Part shown: positions 21,588-32,714 of the stretch, piece after piece
How positions within the stretch are numbered: position 1 is the first letter of the stretch
Layout: each line of letters opens with the position of its first letter
Assembly (NCBI GenBank): GCA_963705255.1
Contig: OY970061.1
Span: 928,001 to 992,000 of the forward strand
Source: an uncultured Methanoregulaceae archaeon
GTDB taxonomy: Archaea > Halobacteriota > Methanomicrobia > Methanomicrobiales > Methanospirillaceae
Direction of reading: 5' to 3'
DNA length: 64,000 bases
Translations under genes and position numbers: made by a program
The notes under the pieces: generated by a model
Told to the model about the DNA's origin: nothing
The model's database searches: none
The model's input: only the letters and a program-made list of their open reading frames with translations

Positions 21588-22465
21588 TTATAATTGAAGC
21601 CATGATTCCGGGATTAGATCCTGTGTATTGATATCCATTCGGTTGAACCATTTTTTTGGGGCGATAACAATTTTCTGGGGATTTGTGGAAAGCCATGCAC
21701 CCCACCAGCTGAACGAACTGTTTCCAATGATATGGTGCTGACACAGGCTCATCAGTCGCATATCTTCATAATCTTGATCGGGCCCGTTTAAATCAACAAT
21801 TGTCGTGGGATGGCCGGTATCCGCATTTTCTCGAACCCAATCCGGATCATCGGAGAATATAAAAAAATGAGGATTTTTTACATTTTCTTCGATAATACGT
21901 ATAGCCCTGTGGTAATACTCAAGTGAGCAGGTCCCATGATAGGCATTGGTCGTGGAATTCGACACATAATCCCCCCGGCGGAAATGGAGGTTCACGGATA
22001 CACAGGATCTGATCTGATCTGCCATTTTCTCAGTGGGGTTGTCGGGTTCTGTCAAAGGAGTAAATTCAGACCGAATGAGATGTTCAATATTCTTGAAATA
22101 TTTTTCGCTCTGCCAGTAGCCTTCAAGATAAACATCGTTTTTGCATTTCAGGATATTGGGATCATAGAAGAAATGAGGTTCCCGGTAAATGTTTCTCCGA
22201 TAATAGGGCACGGAGTACACGGCCAGATTCTCTAGGGTACGGATACCCCGGTTCGGCCATGAAATCTGACACACTCAATTTCAGGAACAGATGCAATATC
22301 TGCATGGATGGCGTAGTGACCAAGACTGTAATGCCGCAGGGAATCGTCATTAAATCCAGTGAGATCCAGTTTCAACGGGACATTATGCATGCAGGACAGG
22401 CGCCGGCCGAGGGCATACTGGAACATCTGATTGCCAAGGCCACCGACAAGACGTGTAATGATCAT
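21588..22465 (-). CDS. Alpha-1,2-fucosyltransferase (GT11), frameshift ~22250
   Basis: GGLGNQMFQYA, GYWQSEKYF, HFRRGDY, FSDDPDW, NSSFSWWGAWL. Confidence 0.93.
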
Positions 22466-23643
22466 GGGGCACCTGCTCCCAAAATATCTAAGTATACTAT
22501 CTCATATGATTGCGCAATCTGTTCCCAGCTGAATTTCTCTGTCCATGCCCGATGCCCTACTTCCCTCATACGGGCACGCTGTTCGTTATTCGTATAAATT
22601 GCTTCCAGAACCTCGACGGATCCTGCGATATCAGCTCGTGAGTGGCCATGGGACTCTTTTATAGTCGGAAGCAATTCCCCGGCATGGGACCATCCAATTA
22701 TCTCGCGGGCATTTCCTACATCTGTTGTGAGAAACGGGGTCTTTGATGCCATACATTCAAACAGCACAATCGGGGAGCATTCAATCTGCGACGGGAACAA
22801 AAACAGGTCTGCGGTCTTGTACAGTGAGACGGTCTGCTTCCGGGGGAGAGATCGAACCAAGAGCTGCCGCCCCCTGATCCGGTTCAACGGGTTGAGCTGG
22901 AAGAGCAGTTCCTTGAGTTTACAGGACCAGTAGCATGAGCGGGAGAAGACATTCCCCACGATAATAAAAGTCACATGGTTCAGTTTTGCCCTGCTGAATA
23001 TCCTGATCGCTTCGGCATGCCCTTTGAGACCCGTATGCGATCCCACATGCAAGATAAGGAACTGATCCTCCTGGATGTCAAGCACTTTGCGGATATCTGT
23101 TTCATCCGGCAAGAGAAATTCCTCTGCTGATGCGCCGTTGGGGATAATCGTAAAATTTTTGATCCCGGCCATACGTGCAAATTCACAATCCTGGTAGTAT
23201 TGCGAAAGAAAAATGTTCATGTCATACTGTTTCATCCATTCTTTCATCTTTTCAAAATAATCAGAATATTTTGGGAGATGTAATGCTGAAAAACCGGTCG
23301 GGACAAATACTTTTTTTGCCTTTATCTCTTTGAGTAAAGGCAGCATCAGATCCGTCGCCCATTGCTGTGCTGCAAAATTAGTAATGATGTCAAAATCTGA
23401 ATTCAGTAAGAAATTCTGGTAGGATTTAATATCTCCATATATGCCATCTACATAATTGCCGGAAATATCGAATTCTTTTATATTCACTCCATTCAGGATA
23501 TCGTTTTTTCGAGCAGGATGTTTTGACGTTGCAACAGTAACTGAATATCCTCTCTTCGCCAGATGCTCAGAAATCTGCTTCACTACTTCCTGCATTCCAC
23601 CCGCAGATGGTTCATAAGATTCAACGGTATGAAGGATTTTCAT
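22462..23643 (-). CDS. Glycosyltransferase family 4
   Basis: MKILH..YEPSAGG, IPNG, FPSQIECSPIVLFE, FSWEQIA. Confidence 0.9.
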   Translation of the reverse strand: MKILHTVESYEPSAGGMQEVVKQISEHLAKRGYSVTVATSKHPARKNDILNGVNIKEFDISGNYVDGIYGDIKSYQNFLLNSDFDIITNFAAQQWATDLMLPLLKEIKAKKVFVPTGFSALHLPKYSDYFEKMKEWMKQYDMNIFLSQYYQDCEFARMAGIKNFTIIPNGASAEEFLLPDETDIRKVLDIQEDQFLILHVGSHTGLKGHAEAIRIFSRAKLNHVTFIIVGNVFSRSCYWSCKLKELLFQLNPLNRIRGRQLLVRSLPRKQTVSLYKTADLFLFPSQIECSPIVLFECMASKTPFLTTDVGNAREIIGWSHAGELLPTIKESHGHSRADIAGSVEVLEAIYTNNEQRARMREVGHRAWTEKFSWEQIAQSYEIVYLDILGAGAP

Positions 23644-23694
23644 GTTCTATTCAAGTAAATTATTCTCATTACTTATTGTATGTTTTTTTATCCA

Positions 23695-24691
23695 TCAATA
23701 TTCTCCCCGAAAATATCGCAGGTTATTAAACCAGAATCTACAAGTATTCAAAAATGATGGATATAATCTTTTTGACCATGTTGCATGACAAAACGCAGAA
23801 TGATAATTTTTCTGGTGCAAAAGAACTTTACTCTGCTCATTTGCGCCTATTGCAAATGTTCTCATAAAGCGCCGGTGATATAATTTCTGAAGATTTACCG
23901 GCAGATATTTCTTATAGTTATTAATTATGTAACTAATATCCTGGTATTTTTTATCGATTCAGCTCGTTAGAATTGTTCTGGATATTTGATCCGGAACCGG
24001 AATGGACGCGATACGCCAAAAGAGGCCGACGGACATAACCAAGGGCACATTCCAAAGATATTCGGAGCCAGATATCCCAGTCGACGGTATGTATCAAATT
24101 TGGATCGAAACCACCAATTTTTTCATAGGTCTGCCGGGAAACTACTGCTGATGTCGAGTAAATAAAATTATCCAACAGCAACAATTTGAAGGCATCCGGA
24201 AGAACATCCTCCGGAAAACATGGTATAGCGGGTGAATATGATCGCAGTTTTTTATCATTTTCATCGATTATGATTGCTTGGGAAAAGATAAGTTTTACTT
24301 CCGGATGCATTGAAATAAATTTTTGATATTCCTGATAAAAACCTGGCAGGACCATATCATCATCATGAAGGATGTGCACCCAAGTTCCCTGCGCTTTTCT
24401 GATACATGTCGACCAGTTTTCCTGAAAATCAACGTGAACAGGTTGCCTATAATATGAAACACGACCCCCGCCAATTTCTTTGACCAGTTCTGCAACATTT
24501 AATTCCGGAGATGAAAAATTGTCAATTACTTCAATTTGCATGAATTCCGGACCGGGATCCTGCTTGAGAACACTTTTAATTGTTTTACGGAGGTATGTTA
24601 CGCGATTGTACGTGGGAATCATTACACTCCAAAAGGGCCTGTGGTTTTTTTCAGATAATGGATCAATTTTTGGATAGTCAATTATATTCAT
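23695..24691 (-). CDS. Glycosyltransferase family 2 (frameshift ~23960)
   Basis: WSVMIPTYN, LHDDD, GGFD, DWDIWLR, YRVH. A shifted frame stays open to ~23695. Confidence 0.85.
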
Positions 24692-25031
24692 TAAGTCACC
24701 AGACCTTCAAAATCATACCCAGGTCATCTTGAATTACTGTTTTAATGTACACGATTCTTTGGTTATTAATGCCCGTATATCCCCAATCCAGAAAAGGGTT
24801 TTTAACGAGATTGGTATTAGTCAAGAGTCGTATTTTTTTCCGCAAGCGCGGGCTGTTTTATGAGAACAAAAAAAATAGCTGCCCCAACCTCCGGCAAGGA
24901 TTACAACTTGCGTAGCATATCACCGTTACGGTTTGAGAATTTTTGACAAGAATGATATAAGTTAGATATATTGTTCCGGCGAGGCATTTAATTTAAAGAG
25001 TGCCCGTAATATGTAGCTTATTCGGCCTCTT

Positions 25032-26495
25032 TTAAAAAGTCATTATTTTTTTTAACATATTCTTAACTTCCCAATTAATATCTGAATCCAGTATCAATAA
25101 AACTGCAAAATAAACAAGGGCCCCGATAAGAATAATGGCGAATAAACTTATGAAACTTAAGATACGGAAAGAGTAAACATACGCCATTACAACAATTGCC
25201 ATGATTGCAGAAGATGCTATGATATGATACACTGCTTTTAATTCCAGTTTGAACTTGACAACTGGACGGAGAACGATCTGTGCCAGAACTGCATTAATTG
25301 ACATTGATAACAGTGTTGCCGCAGCAGCCCCGGCAATCCCGAATACCGGAATCAATGCAATATTGAAAATAATATTCAGGAGCGCTGAAACCGCTGTCAC
25401 CATAAACGATTCCCGTGGTTTATTTATCGCGTTGAGGCACATTGTGTAAAGGAACATAAAAATATTGGCAACCTGAACAAAGAGTAGGATAATCAGGACA
25501 GTTGCGCCAGATTCAAATGATGCACCATAAAGGTAATACATCAGTTTATCGGAGAGGATTATGCCACCTACCGTTATAGGGATAATAAGGACGAGGCAAT
25601 AGGTAACAGATTTTGATAATGATAATTCAATGAGGGATATGTTGTTCTCTGCATGCCATTTACTGATCCTCGGATAGAGTACCGTATGAAATGTGGTGAC
25701 AACAAGCGCTGACACCGAAGCAAGCTGGAATGCAACCCGATAAATCCCAACATCACTATCCGTCATAAAATAACCGATAATAATAGTATCGGCATAGGAG
25801 AAAATGAGGGAACCACCTGATGAAAGGAACGTCCATATGGAGAACGAGAATAACCTTTGAAGATGAGATCTATTAAAACGAGAGAACGATAGACGAAGAA
25901 ATTTGAAATTTATCACCGTCGCTACAACCATCCCCGCTATAAAACCCGCCGCAAGTCCGCCAACCCCCCAGCCAACAAAGACTGCCAGTATCTGGACAAT
26001 AATTTTTAACGTGGTATTTATGAAACTGCTTACCTGTAATACCCCAACTTGAGCGGTGGCATAAACTTCGGTTGCAACAACACTGTATATTGTCCCAAGG
26101 ACCAGTGCCGCAATTAACCAGTAAAACAATTCATTATTTTGAACACCGGTTAAAAATGGATATATTATTATAAATGTCACGATAGAAATGCACAGTAAGA
26201 TAACTCTTAATACAACATATGCGGTGAAAAACTGACTTTGCTCCTTACCCTCGCTGATTCGTTTTACAGCAGCTCCTCCAAAACCCCCGTCACCGATCAA
26301 ATCAAAAATTCCATAGTATGCAAGAAATAAAAAAAAAGCCCCAAGGGGTGCAGGGCCTAAGTAATGTGCAAAATAAATTGTGGCTATATACCCAATTAAC
26401 GTTACACCCCCTAATGATCCAAGGGTAAGAACAGATTGCCTTTGTACTGGATTAATATTCATAATACAGGAGACAATTTTAGAAAATAAAGACAC
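25032..26495 (-). CDS. Wzx/MOP-family oligosaccharide flippase
   Basis: Highly hydrophobic 487 aa; ADTIIIGYF, VGIYRVA, LIPVFGIAGAAAAT. Confidence 0.9.
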   Translation of the reverse strand: MSLFSKIVSCIMNINPVQRQSVLTLGSLGGVTLIGYIATIYFAHYLGPAPLGAFFLFLAYYGIFDLIGDGGFGGAAVKRISEGKEQSQFFTAYVVLRVILLCISIVTFIIIYPFLTGVQNNELFYWLIAALVLGTIYSVVATEVYATAQVGVLQVSSFINTTLKIIVQILAVFVGWGVGGLAAGFIAGMVVATVINFKFLRLSFSRFNRSHLQRLFSFSIWTFLSSGGSLIFSYADTIIIGYFMTDSDVGIYRVAFQLASVSALVVTTFHTVLYPRISKWHAENNISLIELSLSKSVTYCLVLIIPITVGGIILSDKLMYYLYGASFESGATVLIILLFVQVANIFMFLYTMCLNAINKPRESFMVTAVSALLNIIFNIALIPVFGIAGAAAATLLSMSINAVLAQIVLRPVVKFKLELKAVYHIIASSAIMAIVVMAYVYSFRILSFISLFAIILIGALVYFAVLLILDSDINWEVKNMLKKIMTF

Positions 26496-27368
26496 AAGAT
26501 ATATTTTAAAAATATTCTAGTTAATGATTTCGTCAATAAACTACAGGTATCACAGCTGATAGTACCTCTCATAAAAAGTCATGGGTTTCGCTTTCTCACG
26601 TATCCGAAAAGACTGCATTTTGGCATTTTTAATACAATCATACTGTTTCTGGGATATAACGGCACCGTAGTACACTTAAGGCAAGGGGTGCCTGCTCACG
26701 TAGCTGACACGGAGGGAGATATGGTCAGAAATCATTGGAATGAGTAATCCTGTGTGATTAAGGAGGTGCGCGATTGCCGGATTAAAGTTTTACTCGTGAT
26801 CTCTGAAAAATGATGGCACGGGTAACAGGAAGCAAAGATCTCCGTAACCGGATATTCCGGACTTCCCTCAGCCTCTATATATTCACTGCCATCGTTCACG
26901 GCGAAACAGAATCCGTACAGGGCTCCGTTTCCCTCCGGAAAACCCGTGGACAGTGAGACAACAGTCCCTTGTCCGCTACAGGAAAAAATTTATGATTTGT
27001 AAAATTACGCGGATTTAAGGGAACTATATTTTCCCATTACTTGTGTTCTGGAAAAGCACCATTTCTCATATACCTGATACACAGAATCGGCCCGCAGGAT
27101 GTGATGAAGAGTCTTTTGAAGGAAGGTTCGGATATCCCCCGAAGATAAAGGTAGGTGCAAGCACCTGCCCTTCAGCAGATAGCCGCAAAACGCATGCATA
27201 TAGAAAAGACCTTACCCCACCTGAATTCCAAAGAGAGGATGATTGAAGAAAATTTTCAGAGATACACCGGTATAAACAGAAACCCTGTCGGTAGATCAGA
27301 ATGGTCAATACGATATATCCATAAGACCGGGAAATTGCCCGAAGAGTTTCCCACCAGCCAACAATTTC

Positions 27369-28344
27369 TCAGCAATGATCCCCAGTCCCATGCGGCTTGC
27401 CGGCTTCTGCACGATGCGCTTCGTACCATGCGATCGTCCGCTTCAGGCCTTCCTTAAAGGGGATCTGCGCTTCAAACCCGAACTCCTGCCGCGCACGGTC
27501 TCACATCCAGGCACCGTTTGGGCTGGCCGTCGGGTTTTGAAGTGTCCCAGTAAACCGTCCCAGTATAGCTGGTTAACTCCTGGATGAGGGAAACCAGATC
27601 CCGGATCGTAATCTCCCCGCCCGATCCAAGATTTACCGGCTCTGATTTGGTATACCGCTCCGCTGCAAGAACAAGTCCGCGGGCGGCGTCATCGACATAT
27701 AAAAATTCCCGCGAAGCAGCGCCCGTCCCCCATACCTCGACCGAGGACTTGTTGTTGTGTTTTGCATCGATGAATTTTTTTATAAGTGCGGGGATGACAT
27801 GCGAGCTGGCCGGATCAAAATTGTCGCCGGGGCCGTACAGGTTGACCGGCAGAAGATAGATGGAATCGAACCCGTACTGCTGCCGGTATGCCTGCGACTG
27901 GACCAGCAGCATCTTTTTTGCAAGTCCGTAGGGGGCATTGGTCTCTTCCGGATAGCCATTCCAGAGGTTTTCTTCCTTAAAAGGGACCGGGGTATACTTG
28001 GGGTACGCACAGATGGTCCCGACAATAACGCACTTCTCCACATTCTCCTGCCGTGCCGCCTCTATCATCTGGATGCCCATGATCGCGTTATCGTAGAAGA
28101 GCTGGGCCGGGAAGGCCTGGTTGTACCCGATCCCGCCGACCCGTGCAGCAAGGTGGATGACAATATCGGAATCCCGGACCACCTTCACGCAGTTCTCCCA
28201 GATCCGCAGGTCAATCTCATGGCTGCGGGGGATGGCAATATCACCTTTTTGAACTCCTTTCTGCAGCAACTCTTTGACAACCCGGGAGCCAAAGAATCCT
28301 GCCCCACCGGTAATGAGAATTTTTTTATCGGACAAGGATGTCAT
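27369..28344 (-). CDS. fcl: GDP-L-fucose synthase (frameshift ~27502)
   Basis: [43 protein letters not shown]. Shifted frame continues [10 protein letters not shown]...IAWY. Confidence 0.93.
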
Positions 28345-28470
28345 GGAATCACCTGCAGGAGTTTACATTTTGTGAGAAGTTCCTGCAAACCCACACGTTA
28401 CGTGTAATTGTTAAAAATATGCTTTTCGGTCCTTTTAATGACCGCGGCTTTTTTTGGAAAAGATTCACTA

Positions 28471-29517
28471 TCAGTCGCACTTCCACCACCGGTGCGGGAA
28501 CTTTGTCCTGACAATCCCGTCGCCTTTGCCAATCGGTTCCAGTCCCGCTGCTTTCATATCCGCATCCACCATGATCTTCACGAGATCTACAAATTTAATT
28601 GTCGGCTTCCAGCCAAGAATCTGCGCAGACTTTTTCGCATCAGCAATGAGCACCTCCACTTCGGTCGGCCGGAAATATCGCGGATCGATCCGCACGTGTT
28701 CTTCAACGTCAAGCCCCGCATAATTAAACGATTCGTGCAGGAACTCGCGAACGGAATGTGTCTCACCGGTACCGATCACAAAATCATCCGCTTTTTCCTG
28801 CTGGACGATCCGCCACATGCACTCGACGTACTCCGGGGCAAATCCCCAGTCCCGCTTTGCGTCAAGATTTCCCAAGTAGAGATATTTCTCCTTTCCTGCA
28901 AGAACCCGGGCAATTGCCCGGGTGATCTTGCGGGTGACAAAAGTCTCTCCTCTGCGCGGAGACTCGTGGTTGAAAAGGATTCCATTGGCGGCAAAGAGAT
29001 TATACCCCTCCCGGTAATTCCGGGTCATCCAGTAGGAATAGACCTTTGCGCAGGCATAGGGGCTGCGTGGGTGGAATGTTGTCGACTCGTGCTGGGGCGG
29101 AACGGCAGCGCCGAACATCTCACTTGATGATGCCTGGTAAAACTTTACGTGGTTGTTGCTCCGACGGATTGCCTCCAGCAACCGGGTCGTGCCAAGGGCA
29201 GTGACATTACCGGTATACTCCGGAGTATCGAAACTGACCCGGACATGGCTCTGCGCACCCAGATGGTAGACTTCATCCGGGCGGATATTGTACATTATGT
29301 TTGCGATCTGTTCGGAATCTGAGAGATCGCCGTAATGAAGAAAGAGACGGGCATCAGGATCATGCGGATCGACATAAATGGAATCGATCCGGCTTGTATT
29401 AAAGGTGGATGACCGCCGCACCAGCCCGTGGACTTCGTATCCTTTCGATAGCAGCAGTTCGGCAAGATACGACCCGTCCTGACCAGTGATACCGGTGATG
29501 AAGGCTTTTTTTGTCAT
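28471..29517 (-). CDS. gmd: GDP-mannose 4,6-dehydratase
   Basis: [46 protein letters not shown]. Confidence 0.98.
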   Translation of the reverse strand: MTKKAFITGITGQDGSYLAELLLSKGYEVHGLVRRSSTFNTSRIDSIYVDPHDPDARLFLHYGDLSDSEQIANIMYNIRPDEVYHLGAQSHVRVSFDTPEYTGNVTALGTTRLLEAIRRSNNHVKFYQASSSEMFGAAVPPQHESTTFHPRSPYACAKVYSYWMTRNYREGYNLFAANGILFNHESPRRGETFVTRKITRAIARVLAGKEKYLYLGNLDAKRDWGFAPEYVECMWRIVQQEKADDFVIGTGETHSVREFLHESFNYAGLDVEEHVRIDPRYFRPTEVEVLIADAKKSAQILGWKPTIKFVDLVKIMVDADMKAAGLEPIGKGDGIVRTKFPHRWWKCD

Positions 29518-29736
29518 AATGCATCAAGTATAACTACATATAAAATCCGCAAAAATTTCAAAGTATTGGATACTTGTGCAGGAAAACCGGAAAATCAAAG
29601 CGGGATCGTTCATGGCGGAAAGATCTCAAAGAAAAAGCCTCATCCGGTGGTTGACCTTTTTGTTCAAACCCCTTCGACGATAAAATCCCAATTATTTTAT
29701 GATTATTGCTTATACCTGAAAGAATAATGGAAAAAA

Positions 29737-30349
29737 TTAATAGAGGACATTTACTCCAATTATAGCGCCAGGAGCGGTTCGTGAAATACTGAATGCTGCG
29801 CCAGCTGACGGCTTGATTTCAATGGTAAACACATCGTTTGCGATAATTGGATTGGTCGGTTTGCAACTGATGGAGAACTGCTCGTTTGGTCTGGAGCAGC
29901 GGTGAGGCGGTACTAGCATCACCGTTCGGCGCGTTCTGAATCCCTGTGATTGCCCACCCACCAGTAGCGGGTTGTTGTATCGTTGCAGAACTCATATCTG
30001 GTTGCGACAACGTTTCCAAAGTGGTTGCATTACTATAGGATATAGCCACCTTTGAGAAGTCGATCGCTGTTCCCCCGGGAGCTAATCCCATGCTGAAGTT
30101 AACATACGTAATAGTGTTACCGACAGCACCGGTGCCAGAGCCTGTACCATATACGTTTCCAACGATTTCCAAGGTCGAACTTGTCTGTTCAACACTGGTG
30201 TGCACGGTCTGCTGTGCCTTCTGGGTAGTGAAGAACCCGGCACCCAACACTACATAGGCGAACACCGCCGCAACGACGACGAATGCGACCAGCACAATCG
30301 CTGCCTCAAGGCCGGTGAATCCCCGGTCATCTGATCTGAACAAATTCAT
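29737..30349 (-). CDS. flaB: Archaellin (frameshift ~29890)
   Basis: Class III signal peptide RG|FTGLEAAIVLVAFVVVAAVF, GAGFFTTQK; C-terminal FTIEIKPSAGA..SRTAP in the shifted frame; AGGTGA RBS. Confidence 0.92.
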
Positions 30350-30449
30350 CAATTCACCTTTTAAATTCATGTCATGCCATATAACAGATTGTTCGGACTT
30401 TTTCTCTATTTCTCTATGTATGTCAGTCTTTGTCAAAAAAACGTTTAAA

Positions 30450-30482
30450 ACTTTCCTTATATTTTGAATACTTTCCTTATAT
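30450..30482. repeat. Exact 13-bp direct repeat ACTTTCCTTATAT x2 (20-bp period) upstream of archaellin
   Basis: Copies at 30450-30462 and 30470-30482. Confidence 0.7.
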
Positions 30483-30801
30483 AATTATTATTTGTGATTC
30501 TTTAAATTAATATATAATAATGGTATTTAAATTAGGAGGCGTCAGGGTCTTTGGTGCTGACAAGATGCGGTTCAAGTCTGCCGTATTTTAAAACAGAGTG
30601 GTATTTAGGCATATTTTCCACAGGAATAGAAAAAGGAAGATTTGCAGGGTTTTCCGGCAATGACTACAATATCAGGGGGTGAGAAGGAGTCCCGCTATGC
30701 CCCTCGGTTGGTCGATCTTCTACCAATCGAACAATTTTATTCCCTAATCGAAAAAAAACAGATTTTTGCCGCAAGTCTCTTTCAAATCCCGTGCAACAGT
30801 A

Positions 30802-30874
30802 AGCCTCAGCCGTGATTTGAACACGGGACCTGCTGATTACAAGTCAGCCGCTCTGCCAACTAAGCCACTGAGGC
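30802..30874 (-). tRNA. tRNA-Thr(UGU)
   Basis: Reverse complement GCCTCAG..GCTGA CTTGTAA TCAGC..GTTCAAATC..CTGAGGCT forms a cloverleaf. Confidence 0.96.
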
Positions 30875-31058
30875 GCCATATACCATAGATTTTTTATGAT
30901 AAAAAAGATGGTGCTCGCCAAAAGGATAACGGGATACGACACATTGCAGAGAGATTGGACTCCCTGAACCATTATGTGATGTTTAGGTTGATGCACCAGT
31001 AAAAATGAAGAATTTGGGGAAACACATTATACCGACCAGCACGTAAAATCCTCTAGAG

Positions 31059-32285
31059 ATGGCACAGCTCACCGTGGATATCGGAGGAAGCCCGGGGATC
31101 AACTGCCGCGGTTTCTGCGAATACTGTTATTTCAAAAAAGTCCGGGGAGTCCAGCCCCTCGGGTGCCGGTATTGCCTTCCGTTCAAGAAAGGCTGTGACT
31201 ACTGCACCCGGGGTGTCAAGGAAGAATACGCCGGGTTCAAGGACCTCAGGACCATCGCGGACGAGACGCTCGCAAATCTTCAGTCAAAGCAGGGAGAGAT
31301 CGAGCGGATCACGATCAGCGGCGGGGGCGATCCCAGCTGTTACCCGCAGTTCAATGATCTCATCGAGCTGCTCGGCAGCACTGAAGCCCCGCTCCATATC
31401 GGGTACACGAGCGGGAAGGGCTGGGACGATCCCGCGATTGCCGACCTCCTGATCGAGAACGGGCTCACGGAGATCTCCTTCACGGTCTTTGCAACCGATC
31501 TGAAACTCCGGAAGAAGTACATGCACGATCCGACCCCCGAAGCCTCGCTTGCGATCCTCGAACGGCTCTGCGGTGCAGCGGATGTCTATGCAGCAGCGGT
31601 CGTCCTCCCCGGGGTCAATGATGGCAAAGTACTGGAGGAGACCTGCAGGTGGCTCCAGGACCAGGGGGCAAAGGGCCTGATCCTGATGCGGTTTGCGAAC
31701 AACGCCGACCAGGGGCTCATCCTCGGGAACGGCCCGGTCATGAGTAAACAGAAAGTCCAGAGCGTCGAGTCGTTCCGTGACATGATCACGGACCTCAGCA
31801 AAAAGTTCACCATGAAAATATCCGGCACGCCGCTCTGGGACCCGGAGATCGGCTCGCCGTTTGCGATCCTCGATAAGCCGGACCTGCTCGTAAAACTCCC
31901 CAGGGTCACAAAAAGGGCAAGCGTAATCAGCGGAAGTATTGCAACACCCTCTATCGAAAAAATTTTACGTTCCTGTGGTTCGGAAGTTCCGGTCACAGCA
32001 GTACAGAAAGAGATTGCCTGTCTTATTACCGTAGATGATATCCGCAGCCTTAGTCTTTCAGAACTGGAGGAGGTAGTAATTATTCCCGGCCGGGCGTTTG
32101 TCCACGATGCGGAAGTACAGAAAGTGCTCAGCCGGGACGGTACCGACCGTCTTGTAATTCGGGGGCCGGATATGCTGACTGCAGATGCAGAGACCAGCAT
32201 GGGAATGACCCGGGACCGGGTACTTATGATAGAAATGGAAGGTTTTTCTGAGTTGATCCAGACCATCAACAGGTACGGAACATAA
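31059..32285 (+). CDS. mmp10: Methyl-coenzyme M reductase arginine methyltransferase Mmp10 (methanogenesis marker 10, radical SAM)
   Basis: CRGFCEYCYF radical SAM motif plus CRYC..GCDYC iron loop, GGGDPSCYP, EIACLIT, DAETSMG. Confidence 0.92.
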   Translation: MAQLTVDIGGSPGINCRGFCEYCYFKKVRGVQPLGCRYCLPFKKGCDYCTRGVKEEYAGFKDLRTIADETLANLQSKQGEIERITISGGGDPSCYPQFNDLIELLGSTEAPLHIGYTSGKGWDDPAIADLLIENGLTEISFTVFATDLKLRKKYMHDPTPEASLAILERLCGAADVYAAAVVLPGVNDGKVLEETCRWLQDQGAKGLILMRFANNADQGLILGNGPVMSKQKVQSVESFRDMITDLSKKFTMKISGTPLWDPEIGSPFAILDKPDLLVKLPRVTKRASVISGSIATPSIEKILRSCGSEVPVTAVQKEIACLITVDDIRSLSLSELEEVVIIPGRAFVHDAEVQKVLSRDGTDRLVIRGPDMLTADAETSMGMTRDRVLMIEMEGFSELIQTINRYGT

Positions 32286-32535
32286 GGCTCTTCAAAAAAT
32301 TATAATAATGAGGCCGTGATGTCGATCACGCCCGACTGGGCGATCACGGCAACCGCGATAATGACGCCGGCCATCTCGAGGTTATACAAGTCCGGTTTTT
32401 GCGCTTTTTCCCGAGCCGACGGGCAGTAACAGGGTACTCCCGGAAAAAATCCCGGACAGAAACCGGCAGAACTATCTTCAAGTAAAAGAATGGCCTCAGG
32501 AAACTTCGTTCCGGCTCCGAAAAATCCCGGAAAAA

Positions 32536-32647
32536 TGCTGCGGGAGGGTTACGATCCCCCGATCTCCAGATGCCCCAAAGTGTGAACGCGAGGATGAGTT
32601 CAACAACCCTATGAGTCTGGCGCCCTAACCAGCTAGGCCACCGCAGC
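32536..32647 (-). tRNA. tRNA-Met(CAU), elongator type, with ~38-nt anticodon-loop intron
   Basis: Acceptor GCTGCGG/CCGCAGC-A; CCAGA-CTCATA[intron]A-TCTGG anticodon arm. Confidence 0.9.
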
Positions 32648-32714
32648 ACAAAAGTGCACAATAAAAAGGCCGTAAAAATTATTAAAGGTATTCATGAGTC
32701 GTCGGGATAAACAC

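Noticed and set aside
26500-27360. Possible gene relic between the flippase and fcl
   Set aside because: Manual translation gave no recognisable family; blastx would be needed. The same applies to 21090-21580.
30802-32647. Integrated element at tRNA-Thr or tRNA-Met
   Set aside because: No integrase and no duplicated tRNA 3' end noticed in the window.
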